64,000 nt of DNA. Source: the human T2T-CHM13v2.0 reference genome, Homo sapiens. A program made the translations under genes and the position numbers. The notes under the pieces were generated by a model. The model made no database searches and was not told the DNA's origin. It saw nothing but the letters and a program-made list of their open reading frames with translations. The DNA lies in NCBI RefSeq assembly GCF_009914755.1, contig NC_060947.1; one strand, written 5' to 3'. Positions 63,902-64,000 of the stretch are shown piece by piece; the first letter of the stretch is position 1; each line of letters starts with the position of its first letter.

Positions 63902-64000
63902 TACATCTGTTAAAGTATGTAGTCAGACAAGAATAGGGTAGGAAAGAGCCCCCACCCTGCCCCCTACTCCTCCACCCCCCGACCCAAGAATGTTGGGCAT

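Overview
Mammalian, almost certainly human or hominoid, AT-rich and repeat-dense genomic DNA. It holds one real protein-coding gene, the TALE-homeobox retrogene TGIF2LX (CDS 13200-13925, + strand, 241 aa). The full-length frame fits the X copy (Xq21.3) rather than the frameshifted Y paralog TGIF2LY. The gene has a compact germ-cell-type promoter (perfect CRE, two tandem RFX/MYB-like boxes) and a 96-bp 5'UTR intron. The rest is transposon fossils: Alus, a full-length primate L1PA, a long older L1, two LTR12/ERV9 solo LTRs, MER4, MaLR, LTR1-like and LTR32-like LTRs, a full-length Tigger1 with three nested insertions, a MADE1 MITE and microsatellites. The other ORFs in the track are repeat-derived or chance. 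I see no convincing wholly new biological system. The most unusual items are an LTR12 about 3.4 kb downstream of TGIF2LX whose promoter core is internally inverted, a possible young-L1 conversion patch inside an older L1, a collapsed MER4 provirus, and a ~90-bp duplication 2 kb apart. Subfamily names come from recalled consensus sequences and need RepeatMasker/Dfam confirmation.
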